Source: Candidatus Bilamarchaeaceae archaeon (lineage in GTDB: Archaea; Micrarchaeota; Micrarchaeia; Anstonellales; Bilamarchaeaceae). Taken from it: a DNA stretch of 64,000 nucleotides. The notes under the pieces were generated by a model. That model was not told the origin of the DNA, ran no database searches, and worked only from the letters and a program-made list of their open reading frames with translations. Of this stretch, positions 9,078-20,259 are shown in pieces. The position numbers and the translations under genes were made by a program. Every line of letters starts with the position of its first letter. Position 1 is the first letter of the stretch. The DNA lies in the NCBI GenBank assembly GCA_038870635.1, contig JAVZJR010000001.1, positions 106,797 to 170,796 of the forward strand, given 5' to 3'.

Positions 9078-10367
9078 ATGGATTTTATAGAAGCGTGCGC
9101 TGAATCAAAGAAAATCGCTTTTTCATTCTCTAATCCGCTTATCGTCCATCACTATGACACAGATGGTATTACTTCCGGGGCAATAGTATGCGCTGCTTTT
9201 TTAGAGAACAATAAAAAATTTAGACGTCTATGTATAAAAAAACTTGACGATATCGCAATAGACAAGCTATCACATGAGAAAGAAATCATTTTTGTAGACC
9301 TAGGAGGAGGAAATAAAAGAGTTAACGAACTTAAAGATGTGGTTATATTGGATCATCATCAAACTACAGGTATAGAAAAATTTCAGATAAATCCCCATCT
9401 TTATGGCATTGACGGGAGTACAGAAATGTCAGCATCTGGTGTCGCATATTTTGTTTTTAAAACTAAAATAGAACTTGCTATAACTGGAGCAGTAGGTGAC
9501 ATGCAAGCCCCTTTTGTAGGAAAAAATAGGGAATTGCTCGACATAGGGGAAAAAGAAGGCAGGGTGCGAAGAGAGCAAGACCTTTGCTTTTATGGAAGAT
9601 ATTCTCGCCCATTAGTACAATTCCTTGAATACAATGATGAACCCTATATTCCAGGAATATCATATCGTGAAGACAAGTGTATCAACTTGCTTCAATCTCT
9701 TCGTATAGAAATAAAGAAAGGTGAAAAATACAGAACATATGCGGATTTAACAAAAGAGGAAAAAAAGGCACTTGTTTCTGCACTTGCAGACATTTTAATA
9801 GAGCGTGGCAAGATAAAATCTATTAGCGAACTTATAGGTGAAAGTTATGTTTTTACAAACCATCAACTAAATGAAAGTTATGAAGCTGGGGAATTCTCTA
9901 CTCTCCTAAATGCTTGTGGAAGACATAAAAGAGACGATATAGGTATCGGAGTTGCTTTGGGTAACGAGAAGTTTTTTGATGAGGCGCGAAAACTCTTACA
10001 CCATCACAGAGTTATGCTTAAAAATGGTGTGGAACACGCGAACACAAGTCTGCAAAATCTTGGGCCTTTTTATCTTATAGATGGACGAGAAATGATAGAT
10101 GAAAGTATAATAGGAATAGTTTGCGGGATGGTTAATCGAAGTGAGTGGGGGAAACCAGTTTTAGGAATAGCAAGAAGTGAAAAAGGTCAGTTAAAAGCAT
10201 CTGTCCGTGGAAAAGGAAAAAATCTTGGACTCGCTATAAAAAAAGCAGCAGAAAAATGCGGCGGTGTGGGAGGAGGTCACACGGTAGCAGCTGGTGCTTC
10301 CTTTCCAGAAAAAAATTTAGATGATTTCATTCTTTTCTTCGCAGAAGAACTAAACAAACAAAATTAG
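9078..10367 (+). CDS. RecJ-like DHH/DHHA1 phosphoesterase
   Basis: HYDTDG, VDLG, LDHH, GAVGD, LLNACGR, GGGHTVAAGA motifs. Confidence 0.9.
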   Translation: MDFIEACAESKKIAFSFSNPLIVHHYDTDGITSGAIVCAAFLENNKKFRRLCIKKLDDIAIDKLSHEKEIIFVDLGGGNKRVNELKDVVILDHHQTTGIEKFQINPHLYGIDGSTEMSASGVAYFVFKTKIELAITGAVGDMQAPFVGKNRELLDIGEKEGRVRREQDLCFYGRYSRPLVQFLEYNDEPYIPGISYREDKCINLLQSLRIEIKKGEKYRTYADLTKEEKKALVSALADILIERGKIKSISELIGESYVFTNHQLNESYEAGEFSTLLNACGRHKRDDIGIGVALGNEKFFDEARKLLHHHRVMLKNGVEHANTSLQNLGPFYLIDGREMIDESIIGIVCGMVNRSEWGKPVLGIARSEKGQLKASVRGKGKNLGLAIKKAAEKCGGVGGGHTVAAGASFPEKNLDDFILFFAEELNKQN

Positions 10368-10460
10368 GCAAATGCCGAAAATTTAACAAAAAAATTTATA
10401 AATAAATTTGTTTTTTTGTGTTTTGCAAAAAAAAGATTAACACTAATGCTGGGGGTATTA

Positions 10461-10769
10461 ATGAGAGGTCGTTTTATTGTTAAAGACTTAGAGAAAAAAC
10501 TTGACTTAGAGAAAAAACTTCGACCAATAATTAATTGGCGTAATCCTGCATTAGGAAAATTTTATTATCCGAAAGGTTTGAGAAGGAAAAAATTTAAAAA
10601 ATCACCCGACACCTTTAGAAAAATAAAAAAACCATTAATAGAAGATAGCTCGATATTTAAACCATCGAAAGTGATAAGTGGTAAAGAACCAGAAAAAATT
10701 TTCTATCCTTCAAAAGTTATATCTAAAAAGATAAATACTGTCCCTATTAAAAACAGCAAAACATTTTAA
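10461..10769 (+). CDS. Basic hypothetical protein with internal repeats
   Basis: ATG after a GGGGT RBS; DLEKKL x2 and IF.PSKVIS x2. Confidence 0.5.
   Translation: MRGRFIVKDLEKKLDLEKKLRPIINWRNPALGKFYYPKGLRRKKFKKSPDTFRKIKKPLIEDSSIFKPSKVISGKEPEKIFYPSKVISKKINTVPIKNSKTF
10485..10520 (+). repeat. Perfect 18-bp tandem duplication GACTTAGAGAAAAAACTT x2
   Basis: Read directly from the sequence. Confidence 0.9.
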
Positions 10770-10801
10770 CCATAACGTATTATAAGAATGGAAGGGAGAA
10801 G

Positions 10802-12337
10802 ATGGCGTATGCATTATTGAGCGTTTATCAGAAAGAAGGCATTGTAGAATTTGCAAAAGAACTTTCAGAATTAGGTTATACTATAATTTCAAGTGGTGGA
10901 ACAAGCAAAACACTACAAGAAAGCGGCATAAAAACTATAGAAATATCAAAATTTACAGGTTCTCCGGAAATGATGGACGGAAGAGTAAAAACACTTCATC
11001 CAAAGATACATGCAGGAATATTAATGGATAGAAGTAACAAAAAACACATTGAAGAAGCAAAGAAAAATGGAATAGAACCAATAGATATAGTTGTGGTTAA
11101 CCTTTACCCTTTTGAGGAAACAGTACTAAAAAAACCATCACTCGAAGAAGCAATAGAAAACATCGATATAGGTGGACCAACTCTGTTAAGAGCTGCGGCA
11201 AAAAATTATAAAAACGTTATAGTAGTATGCAATCCAAAATATTATAGAAGAGTAATCGATGAATTAAAAAAAGGAGAATTATCTGAAAAATTGCGAGAGG
11301 AGTTAGCAGCAGCGGTGTGGGAGCACGTCGCCCACTACGATACAGTAATAGAAAATTACTTCAAAAAAAAATGGCAATTGACAGAAGCTTATCCTGATTA
11401 TCTCAATTTAACATTTAGAAAAAAATGTGAACTGAGATACGGCGAAAATCCGCACCAAACAGGGGCGCTTTATTACGACCCTCATGATGGAAATATATCA
11501 ATAGCTGATGCAAAACAATATGGCGGAAAAGAGCTTTCCTATAACAATATATTAGATATGAACTCTGCTTACAGATTGATAAACCAATTTGAAGAACCAA
11601 CGGCAGTGATAATAAAACATAATAATCCATGCGGTGTTGCGACAAATACTAGCGTAGTTGAAGCGTATAGGATAGCGCGAGCAGTTGACCCAGAAGCAGC
11701 TTTTGGCGGAATTGTTGCAGTAAATCGAAAAGTAACAAAAGAACTTGCAAATGAAATAATAACCCGTTTTGTCGAAATAGTTTTGGCGCCAGAATATGAT
11801 AAAGAAGCGATTGAGATTCTCAACAAAAAACCAAACTTGCGTGTAATGGAACTTCCTTTTGTACCAATAAAAAACAAATTTAAGACATATCGATCCGTCC
11901 TCGGCGGTCTTCTGGTGCAGGATGCAGATATTGAACTATACAATGAACTAAAAGTAGTCACTAAAAGAAAGCCAACGAAAGAAGAGATGGAAGCGATGCT
12001 CTACGCTTGGAAGATTGTAAAGTATGTACGCTCTAATGCGATAGTGTATGCACGAAAAAATAGGGCAGTAGGAATAGGTGCAGGCCAAATGAAAAGAATA
12101 GATGCTGCTAAAATCGGAGCCATGATAGCACAAGAATTTGGCGATAATACAAAAGGATGTGCGATGGCGTCGGATGCATTCTTTCCGTTTCGTGATGGAA
12201 TAGATTACGCGGCCAGTTTAGGTATAACTGCCATAATACAACCTGGCGGCTCAATCAAGGACAATGAAGTTATAGAAGCAGCAAACGAGCATAATATAGC
12301 TATGGTTTTCACTGGGATGAGGCACTTTAGACATTAG
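10802..12337 (+). CDS. purH: Bifunctional AICAR transformylase/IMP cyclohydrolase (bacterial-type)
   Basis: GRVKTLHP, IENIDIGGP, LRYGENPHQ, KHNNPCG, ASDAFFPF, MRHFRH. Confidence 0.97.
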   Translation: MAYALLSVYQKEGIVEFAKELSELGYTIISSGGTSKTLQESGIKTIEISKFTGSPEMMDGRVKTLHPKIHAGILMDRSNKKHIEEAKKNGIEPIDIVVVNLYPFEETVLKKPSLEEAIENIDIGGPTLLRAAAKNYKNVIVVCNPKYYRRVIDELKKGELSEKLREELAAAVWEHVAHYDTVIENYFKKKWQLTEAYPDYLNLTFRKKCELRYGENPHQTGALYYDPHDGNISIADAKQYGGKELSYNNILDMNSAYRLINQFEEPTAVIIKHNNPCGVATNTSVVEAYRIARAVDPEAAFGGIVAVNRKVTKELANEIITRFVEIVLAPEYDKEAIEILNKKPNLRVMELPFVPIKNKFKTYRSVLGGLLVQDADIELYNELKVVTKRKPTKEEMEAMLYAWKIVKYVRSNAIVYARKNRAVGIGAGQMKRIDAAKIGAMIAQEFGDNTKGCAMASDAFFPFRDGIDYAASLGITAIIQPGGSIKDNEVIEAANEHNIAMVFTGMRHFRH

Positions 12338-12840
12338 AGATATCTCTTAAATTTATCTACAATGGCCATACTGAGAACGCCATAACTTTTGTGTAGGCCG
12401 TGGGGGGCCGTTTCTTCTATTTTTTTTCTTGTTTCTTCATCAGATATTTGTATCTCAGCACTTATGTCGTTGAGATTAAAATTTATGTTAAAACCACGAT
12501 AACCACTTTGCTTTGGTTTTGAGTAGTAATCATCAACAGATGGTGATTTACCTTTGTTCTTTAGATTGGATATAATTTTTTTGGCAGTTTCTACGGCCTC
12601 CTTAACTTCATTAAACACCAATCGCGTACCAATAAGGTCGTTGATGTACCCTTTTTCTTCAAGCTTTAATGTTGCGCTTTCAGGTGACTTTATTCGCATT
12701 TCGACTTCGCAACTCTCCACACCCAAAAGCACTTTAAGATTTTCAATTGTCTTTTCTAAATCATTCTTTCGTACTTCAAGTTCTCTCTTAATTTTTTTAA
12801 GTGTAAGACCAAAAGATTTTTCAACTGCTTTTTCTCTCAA
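12334..12840 (-). CDS. RelA/SpoT-type (p)ppGpp synthetase domain; probable 3' part of a frameshifted RSH gene
   Basis: RIKSPESATLK, DLIGTR, DDYYSKPKQSGYRG and EIQI synthetase motifs; TTG start directly after an A7 tract. Confidence 0.8.
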   Translation of the reverse strand: MREKAVEKSFGLTLKKIKRELEVRKNDLEKTIENLKVLLGVESCEVEMRIKSPESATLKLEEKGYINDLIGTRLVFNEVKEAVETAKKIISNLKNKGKSPSVDDYYSKPKQSGYRGFNINFNLNDISAEIQISDEETRKKIEETAPHGLHKSYGVLSMAIVDKFKRYL

Positions 12841-13330
12841 TTTTTTTACCAGTAGGCGGGTCTATGACCTCCGCAATCGCAGCGTAAACATAAAGAGTTT
12901 TTTTGGGGTCATCTACAATATTAGCCTCTGCCAGCACAATTCGGGATATAAGTGTCGCCACGCTTATCTCGTTTTTAAGAATTTTATCTTCATATATTTT
13001 AAGTTCCTCTTTTCTTAATTCTTTTTCTTCAAGTACCTCTACAATCCTAACTTCACTCATTATTTTAGAAAGTTTTAAAACATCAATAGTAGTAAGGGAA
13101 GGTCCGTTTATGCATTTAATTAAAAGATTGAGTACTGCATTCTCTTTGCTTTTCGGTACTGCAGTTAGAAGTGTTGCCAAAAATGCAGCATCCTTGTCTT
13201 CTCCTTTTGCGAGAGAATAAGCACGTTCTGCTAAAGGGATTCTCTCATATAGTGTTTTTTTATCACAAACGACTGACAGAATGGAAATGTATGTTTCAAA
13301 CCCCCCAAGCACTTTGTTTTTGTGTACCAT
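12821..13330 (-). CDS. Degenerate Rel HD-like domain; probable 5' part of a frameshifted RSH gene
   Basis: LAERAYSLA, LKLSKI and KTLYVYAAIAEVI resemble Rel N-terminal landmarks; the HD dyad is absent. Confidence 0.55.
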   Translation of the reverse strand: MVHKNKVLGGFETYISILSVVCDKKTLYERIPLAERAYSLAKGEDKDAAFLATLLTAVPKSKENAVLNLLIKCINGPSLTTIDVLKLSKIMSEVRIVEVLEEKELRKEELKIYEDKILKNEISVATLISRIVLAEANIVDDPKKTLYVYAAIAEVIDPPTGKKIERKSS

Positions 13331-13427
13331 AATGTAATATTATGTTAATACATTTTATAAACCTGACTACCACTTAAAAAACCAAAAGAATTTTAATCTA
13401 AAATGGCATAAAGAGGCAGGTGGGTTG

Positions 13428-15020
13428 ATGGAAGAATTCAGTGAAAAAGAAAAAGAAATACTTCTAAAATTTGTAAGCAATACTGACAGAGATATATTTG
13501 TGCTAAAAAATCTGCCAGAAGTGGTAAAAGGAGCTCTTTTTTCTAGGTATAGTAGAAGCAGTAAAAGTTTGAGACGGCTTTTACTTGATGAATTTATAGA
13601 AAACAAAGATCTTGATATAAGACAACTTGCCAGTGATACAAAAGATGACATAGTACTCACAAAAAAGGCCGAGGAGTTTTACGACCGTGTCTTGCTTGGT
13701 TTTGGTGATGATTCTGTTGCAGAACTCGCAGGAGCACACATAGCACTTGAAAATATATCTATCATAGCAACTAAAGTAGTAGAGGACAACCGCATAGGAA
13801 TTTCTCCACTTGAAAAATCTACTCGCTATGTTTATTTTGACAAAAAAGTGGATGGAAAATGGTTATACTACCGCGAACCCACACTTATGGAGAATATGCC
13901 AGAAGAGTACACAGAAGTTTGCGAAAGATGTTTTGAAACTTATGCTAGATTAATCTCTAATATATCAAAATATGTAAGTGAGAGACTCGAACGAGGAGAA
14001 CTAAGTGAAAGAGCATATGAAGCAGTTGTAAGGGCAAAAACTTGTGATGTATTACGAGGACTTTTGCCTGCCAGTACACTAACAAACGTTGGGCTTTTTG
14101 GTAATGGCAGGGCTTTTGAATATCTTATAACAAAACTCTACGCGAGTAATTTAGTCGAAATAAGAAATCTGGCGGCGACGATGGAGAATGAACTTAAAAC
14201 AGTCATACCTTCATTTGTAAAAAGAGCAAGCGAAAAACATGGAAAAGAAATGCGCGATTACATAAAAGCAACTACAGAGAGAACCAAAGCACTTGCACCG
14301 CATGAGCGTTCAGATGCAGCAGATATTGTAAGGATAATTGATTACGAAAAAAATGCCTACCAAAAAGTTATTGCGGCGATTCTTTACCCGTATAGTGAAC
14401 TATCACTTGAAGAATTAGAGAAAAGAGCAGAAATGCTGAGCGAAGAAGAGATAAGGAAAATAATCACTACCCATCTTGGAGAGAGAAAAAATAGAAGACA
14501 CAAAGGAGGGAGAGGATTCGAAAGAATCTATTACACATTTGAAATATGCACTAATTTTGGTGCGTATAGAGATTTGCATAGACATAGAATGCTAACACAG
14601 CAAAGGCAACTTCTCACTACGAACTTGGGTTATGATATCCCTCACGAAATAGTAGATGCAGGATACGAAAAAGACTTTAAAGATGTAATGGAGGTTGCAA
14701 AAAACAACTATGAATTAATAGCAAATAAGTATAAAGAAGAAGCGCAATACGTAGTACCTTTAGCCTATCGCATCCGCTGGATGATAACAATGAATCTGCG
14801 AGAGGTATACCATCTTTGCGAAATAAGAAGTACACAACATGGACACAGAGATTACAGAAAGGTTGCACAAGAAATATACAAAAAAATAAAAGAGACTCAC
14901 CCATTACTGGCAGAGGGAATGATGGTTGACATGAATGAATATGAATTTGAAAGATTGGAAGCAGAGAAAAAAATTGACAAAAAAATAGAGAGCATAAAAC
15001 AAAAGTATAATAAGGTATAA
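13428..15020 (+). CDS. thyX: Flavin-dependent thymidylate synthase, tandem two-domain type
   Basis: GDDSVAELA, EKSTRYV, RGLLP, RDLHRHR, MNLRE motifs; ~530 aa. Confidence 0.9.
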   Translation: MEEFSEKEKEILLKFVSNTDRDIFVLKNLPEVVKGALFSRYSRSSKSLRRLLLDEFIENKDLDIRQLASDTKDDIVLTKKAEEFYDRVLLGFGDDSVAELAGAHIALENISIIATKVVEDNRIGISPLEKSTRYVYFDKKVDGKWLYYREPTLMENMPEEYTEVCERCFETYARLISNISKYVSERLERGELSERAYEAVVRAKTCDVLRGLLPASTLTNVGLFGNGRAFEYLITKLYASNLVEIRNLAATMENELKTVIPSFVKRASEKHGKEMRDYIKATTERTKALAPHERSDAADIVRIIDYEKNAYQKVIAAILYPYSELSLEELEKRAEMLSEEEIRKIITTHLGERKNRRHKGGRGFERIYYTFEICTNFGAYRDLHRHRMLTQQRQLLTTNLGYDIPHEIVDAGYEKDFKDVMEVAKNNYELIANKYKEEAQYVVPLAYRIRWMITMNLREVYHLCEIRSTQHGHRDYRKVAQEIYKKIKETHPLLAEGMMVDMNEYEFERLEAEKKIDKKIESIKQKYNKV

Positions 15021-15022
15021 AA

Positions 15023-15943
15023 ATGAAAAATAAAAAAATTTTCTTAATTGGCGCAAACGGAAGGTTAGGAAAAAAAATTTGCCAAAAATTATACGAAGAA
15101 GGTTTATCTTTTATTCCAATAGTTCGTAAACAAAGTGGACTAAAAAATGAGATAGTTTGCAACTTTAGCATAGAAGAACTTAGAGAAATACTCAAAAAAG
15201 CAGATGTAATAATAAACACGGCAGGCTCAACAAAAACATATGATAAAAGGGAAATGGAAAGAGGAAATGTTGAGCTTGTAAAAAATATTGTAGAAGCTGC
15301 ACCAAAAAATGCAAAGATAATACATGCTAGTTCAATATCTGTTTATGGAAAAATGTTAGCAAAAAAACCTGCTGATGAACAAACCCCGATAAGACCAGAT
15401 AGTGAATATGCAAAAACAAAATATGAAGCAGAAAAAATATTATCTCAAAATAAAAATGTAGTGGTATTAAGAATAGGCACAATATACGATGAAAGTGATG
15501 ATTACGTATACATAGTAAAAAAAATAAAAGAAGGAAAGATGTATATTATAGGAAATGGAAACAATCGTATACCATTTGTACACATCGATGACGTTGCTTC
15601 TGCTTTTTTGGCGGCCCTCAAAGCACCACCAGGGGTTTACAACATAGTCGGTGACCCAATAACACAAAAAGAAGCCTATCAAATAGTTTCAAATGTTTTG
15701 GGTGTAAAACCACCTCAAAAACACATACCATTTTGGCTCGCTAATTTATACGCCTTCATCGAAGAAAAAGTATCAAGTATATGGGGGAAAAAACCAAAAA
15801 TAACAAGAGAGCATGTAGCCATTCTTTTTTTTGATAGAGTATTTGACTGCAGCCTAGCAAAAGAAGTACTTGGTTTTAATCCACAAAAAAACGCAGATGG
15901 AATAAAAAAAGTTACTGAAACAATATTACAAAAAAATTTGTAG
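15023..15943 (+). CDS. NAD-dependent epimerase/dehydratase (extended SDR)
   Basis: GANGRLG, SSISVYG, YAKTK (YxxxK), FVHIDDVA. Confidence 0.9.
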   Translation: MKNKKIFLIGANGRLGKKICQKLYEEGLSFIPIVRKQSGLKNEIVCNFSIEELREILKKADVIINTAGSTKTYDKREMERGNVELVKNIVEAAPKNAKIIHASSISVYGKMLAKKPADEQTPIRPDSEYAKTKYEAEKILSQNKNVVVLRIGTIYDESDDYVYIVKKIKEGKMYIIGNGNNRIPFVHIDDVASAFLAALKAPPGVYNIVGDPITQKEAYQIVSNVLGVKPPQKHIPFWLANLYAFIEEKVSSIWGKKPKITREHVAILFFDRVFDCSLAKEVLGFNPQKNADGIKKVTETILQKNL

Positions 15944-15979
15944 ATACAAATAAATATGTATACGAATAACAATAGTTGT

Positions 15980-18156
<2,177 letters not shown>

Positions 18157-18180
<24 letters not shown>

Positions 18181-18546
18181 ACGAAATGCTTTTCTTGGTT
18201 TATCCACCCAAAGAGCAATAATACCTTTTTCACCATTACCCGCTATTAATCTCATATTTTTTATGAGAATCTTTTGCTCTGCTAAAACATTCTTTATATT
18301 CTCCATTTTACGAAGATAATCAGGAACTCTTAAAACCATCGTGTTTTTTTCAACAATTTCAAAACCATTTTTAGCAAGTGCTTCTTTTGCATTGTTAGCA
18401 TCACGAACAAGTATAGATATTGCTGTCTTTCCACCTGCTGCCTCAATACTCATATTCTCTACTCTTACACCTTCCTTCCCAAGGATATAAAATAGCTCTG
18501 TCAAAAGATTTGGTCTTTCATCTGCTAGTACAACTACTGATTGCAT
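18157..18546 (-). CDS. Tandem ACT-domain protein
   Basis: DERPNLL...LGKEGVRVE ACT pattern; similar to 55623-56018. Confidence 0.7.
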
Positions 18547-18556
18547 CTGAACCCCT

Positions 18557-18889
18557 TCATAAATACTTTCTTATATCTTCAGATATAGAATCAAGAATTT
18601 GGAATGTTCTATAACCTTCAGGGGTACCTAAAGCAGCTGATTTTATCTTAGCTTGATTTATTAAGCGGACTAAATCTATCTTTTCATTTGGCTCAAGCGC
18701 AACACCAGAAACAATGAAATCTCTTAATTTTATTATTGCTTCTACGACTGCCTCTTGCTTTTGACTGAACTCGTTATAATTAAGCAAACTAACGGTTTCA
18801 AGTTGATTTCGCGCCTTTACAAAATCATCCTTAATCATATTGATATTGAGTTTTTCTTTTGATGTAAACATACTCAACAAACAAACCAT
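18557..18889 (-). CDS. Hypothetical helical protein
   Basis: 110-aa ORF with RBS (GGGTGG) and an upstream TATA-like element. Confidence 0.6.
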   Translation of the reverse strand: MVCLLSMFTSKEKLNINMIKDDFVKARNQLETVSLLNYNEFSQKQEAVVEAIIKLRDFIVSGVALEPNEKIDLVRLINQAKIKSAALGTPEGYRTFQILDSISEDIRKYL

Positions 18890-19161
18890 ACAACCACCCC
18901 ATTTTTATTTTATGTATTGTGAAGTATTTATATATTTTGTAAAAAAATATGTGAAAAAATTAAATAAAAAAGCCTATTTATTGTGTTTTTTATAAAAAAT
19001 TAAGCTAAAAAAACATAAAAAAATAATAATAACAACGCTTAAAACACCATTTCAGAAGAGAAATTAAAAATGTGAAAAAACACTAAGAGAACTAATTAAA
19101 AATGTTTTTGAAGAAATACAGTCGCTGATATATAAAAATTATTAAAACAAGGGTCAATTTT

Positions 19162-20256
19162 ATGAACTTCCCAAATATATATAATATAAAAGGTTATAGA
19201 ATTTTAGCAATCCCACCTTTGATTTTGCTTCTAGTTGCTATTCTATACATACCACATATAAAACTGGGTGTAGAATTCAATGGCGGCACTCTTCTCTCTC
19301 TTGATTTAGAGGAAAAAATGGTTGACACTTCTGTATTAAAGAACACGCTTATTGCTAATGGTCTACAAGGAAACGTAAAGATGTATGACACACCCGTCGG
19401 ACAAAGAGTAGAAATAGAATTGCCACAAAGTGATACTTTAATAAAAGCAGAAAAACTCCGAGCGGAATTTGATAAAAATTTAGCAAGCGCAAGCACTCTC
19501 GAAGTTGAAGCAGAACAAAATAGCACAAAAAAAGCAGAATATGAAAAAAAATACTCTGAATGCGAAGAAATAGTCAAAGATATGTATTCGCTTGCTGGTA
19601 TGGAGTACCAGCCTTCAGAAAAAAAGAGCGTCAATGAATTAGATAAAAAAATATCCTTAGCATATAAAGAAATATACTCTAATTATGAAAAGTCAATCGT
19701 AGGCCCAATAAATAAAGTAGTTAAGTACAAAAGCATGTCGATAAAAACAATTAGCCCAATTTTAAGCGCAAGTTTCATAGATACTGCGATAAAAGTAGCG
19801 CTAGTGGCCGCGGTACTTTCCTCAGTATTTATATTCGCTTATTTTAGGGCAGTAGTGCCCAGCATTGCGGTGTTAGTTGGCGCGACCTGTGATATAGTTA
19901 TAGCATTAGGTGCAATGGGGTTCTTTGGCATACCATTAACATTAGCATCATTTGCTGCATTATTAATGCTTGTAGGTTTCTCCCTTGACACAGATATTCT
20001 TTTGACTATGAGAATGTTAAAACAAAAAGGAAGTCCACGAGAACACGCCTATGATGCTATGAAAACAGGACTCACAATGAGTACAATGGCACTTGTTTCT
20101 TTTGGCATTCTTTTCATATTGGCTAATATAACACACATAAGCACTTATTATGAAATCGCAGGTGTTGCTTTGGCAGGTTTGGTAGGAGACATGTTTGCTA
20201 CGTGGGGCATAAATGCAGTAATGCTTCTTTATTACTTAGAACAAAGGAGGGGATAG
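19162..20256 (+). CDS. secF: Protein-export membrane protein SecF
   Basis: LGVEFNGGT, LMLVGFSLDTDILL, six-TM layout. Confidence 0.9.
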   Translation: MNFPNIYNIKGYRILAIPPLILLLVAILYIPHIKLGVEFNGGTLLSLDLEEKMVDTSVLKNTLIANGLQGNVKMYDTPVGQRVEIELPQSDTLIKAEKLRAEFDKNLASASTLEVEAEQNSTKKAEYEKKYSECEEIVKDMYSLAGMEYQPSEKKSVNELDKKISLAYKEIYSNYEKSIVGPINKVVKYKSMSIKTISPILSASFIDTAIKVALVAAVLSSVFIFAYFRAVVPSIAVLVGATCDIVIALGAMGFFGIPLTLASFAALLMLVGFSLDTDILLTMRMLKQKGSPREHAYDAMKTGLTMSTMALVSFGILFILANITHISTYYEIAGVALAGLVGDMFATWGINAVMLLYYLEQRRG

Positions 20257-20259
20257 ACT

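Noticed and set aside
13428..15020. Double-length ThyX as a novelty
   Set aside because: Tandem-domain ThyX proteins are already known in several bacteria and archaea
18890..19161. AT-rich intergenic region with two ATGTGAAAAAA copies as a possible replication origin
   Set aside because: No convincing ORB repeats and no adjacent orc1/cdc6; divergent promoters explain it
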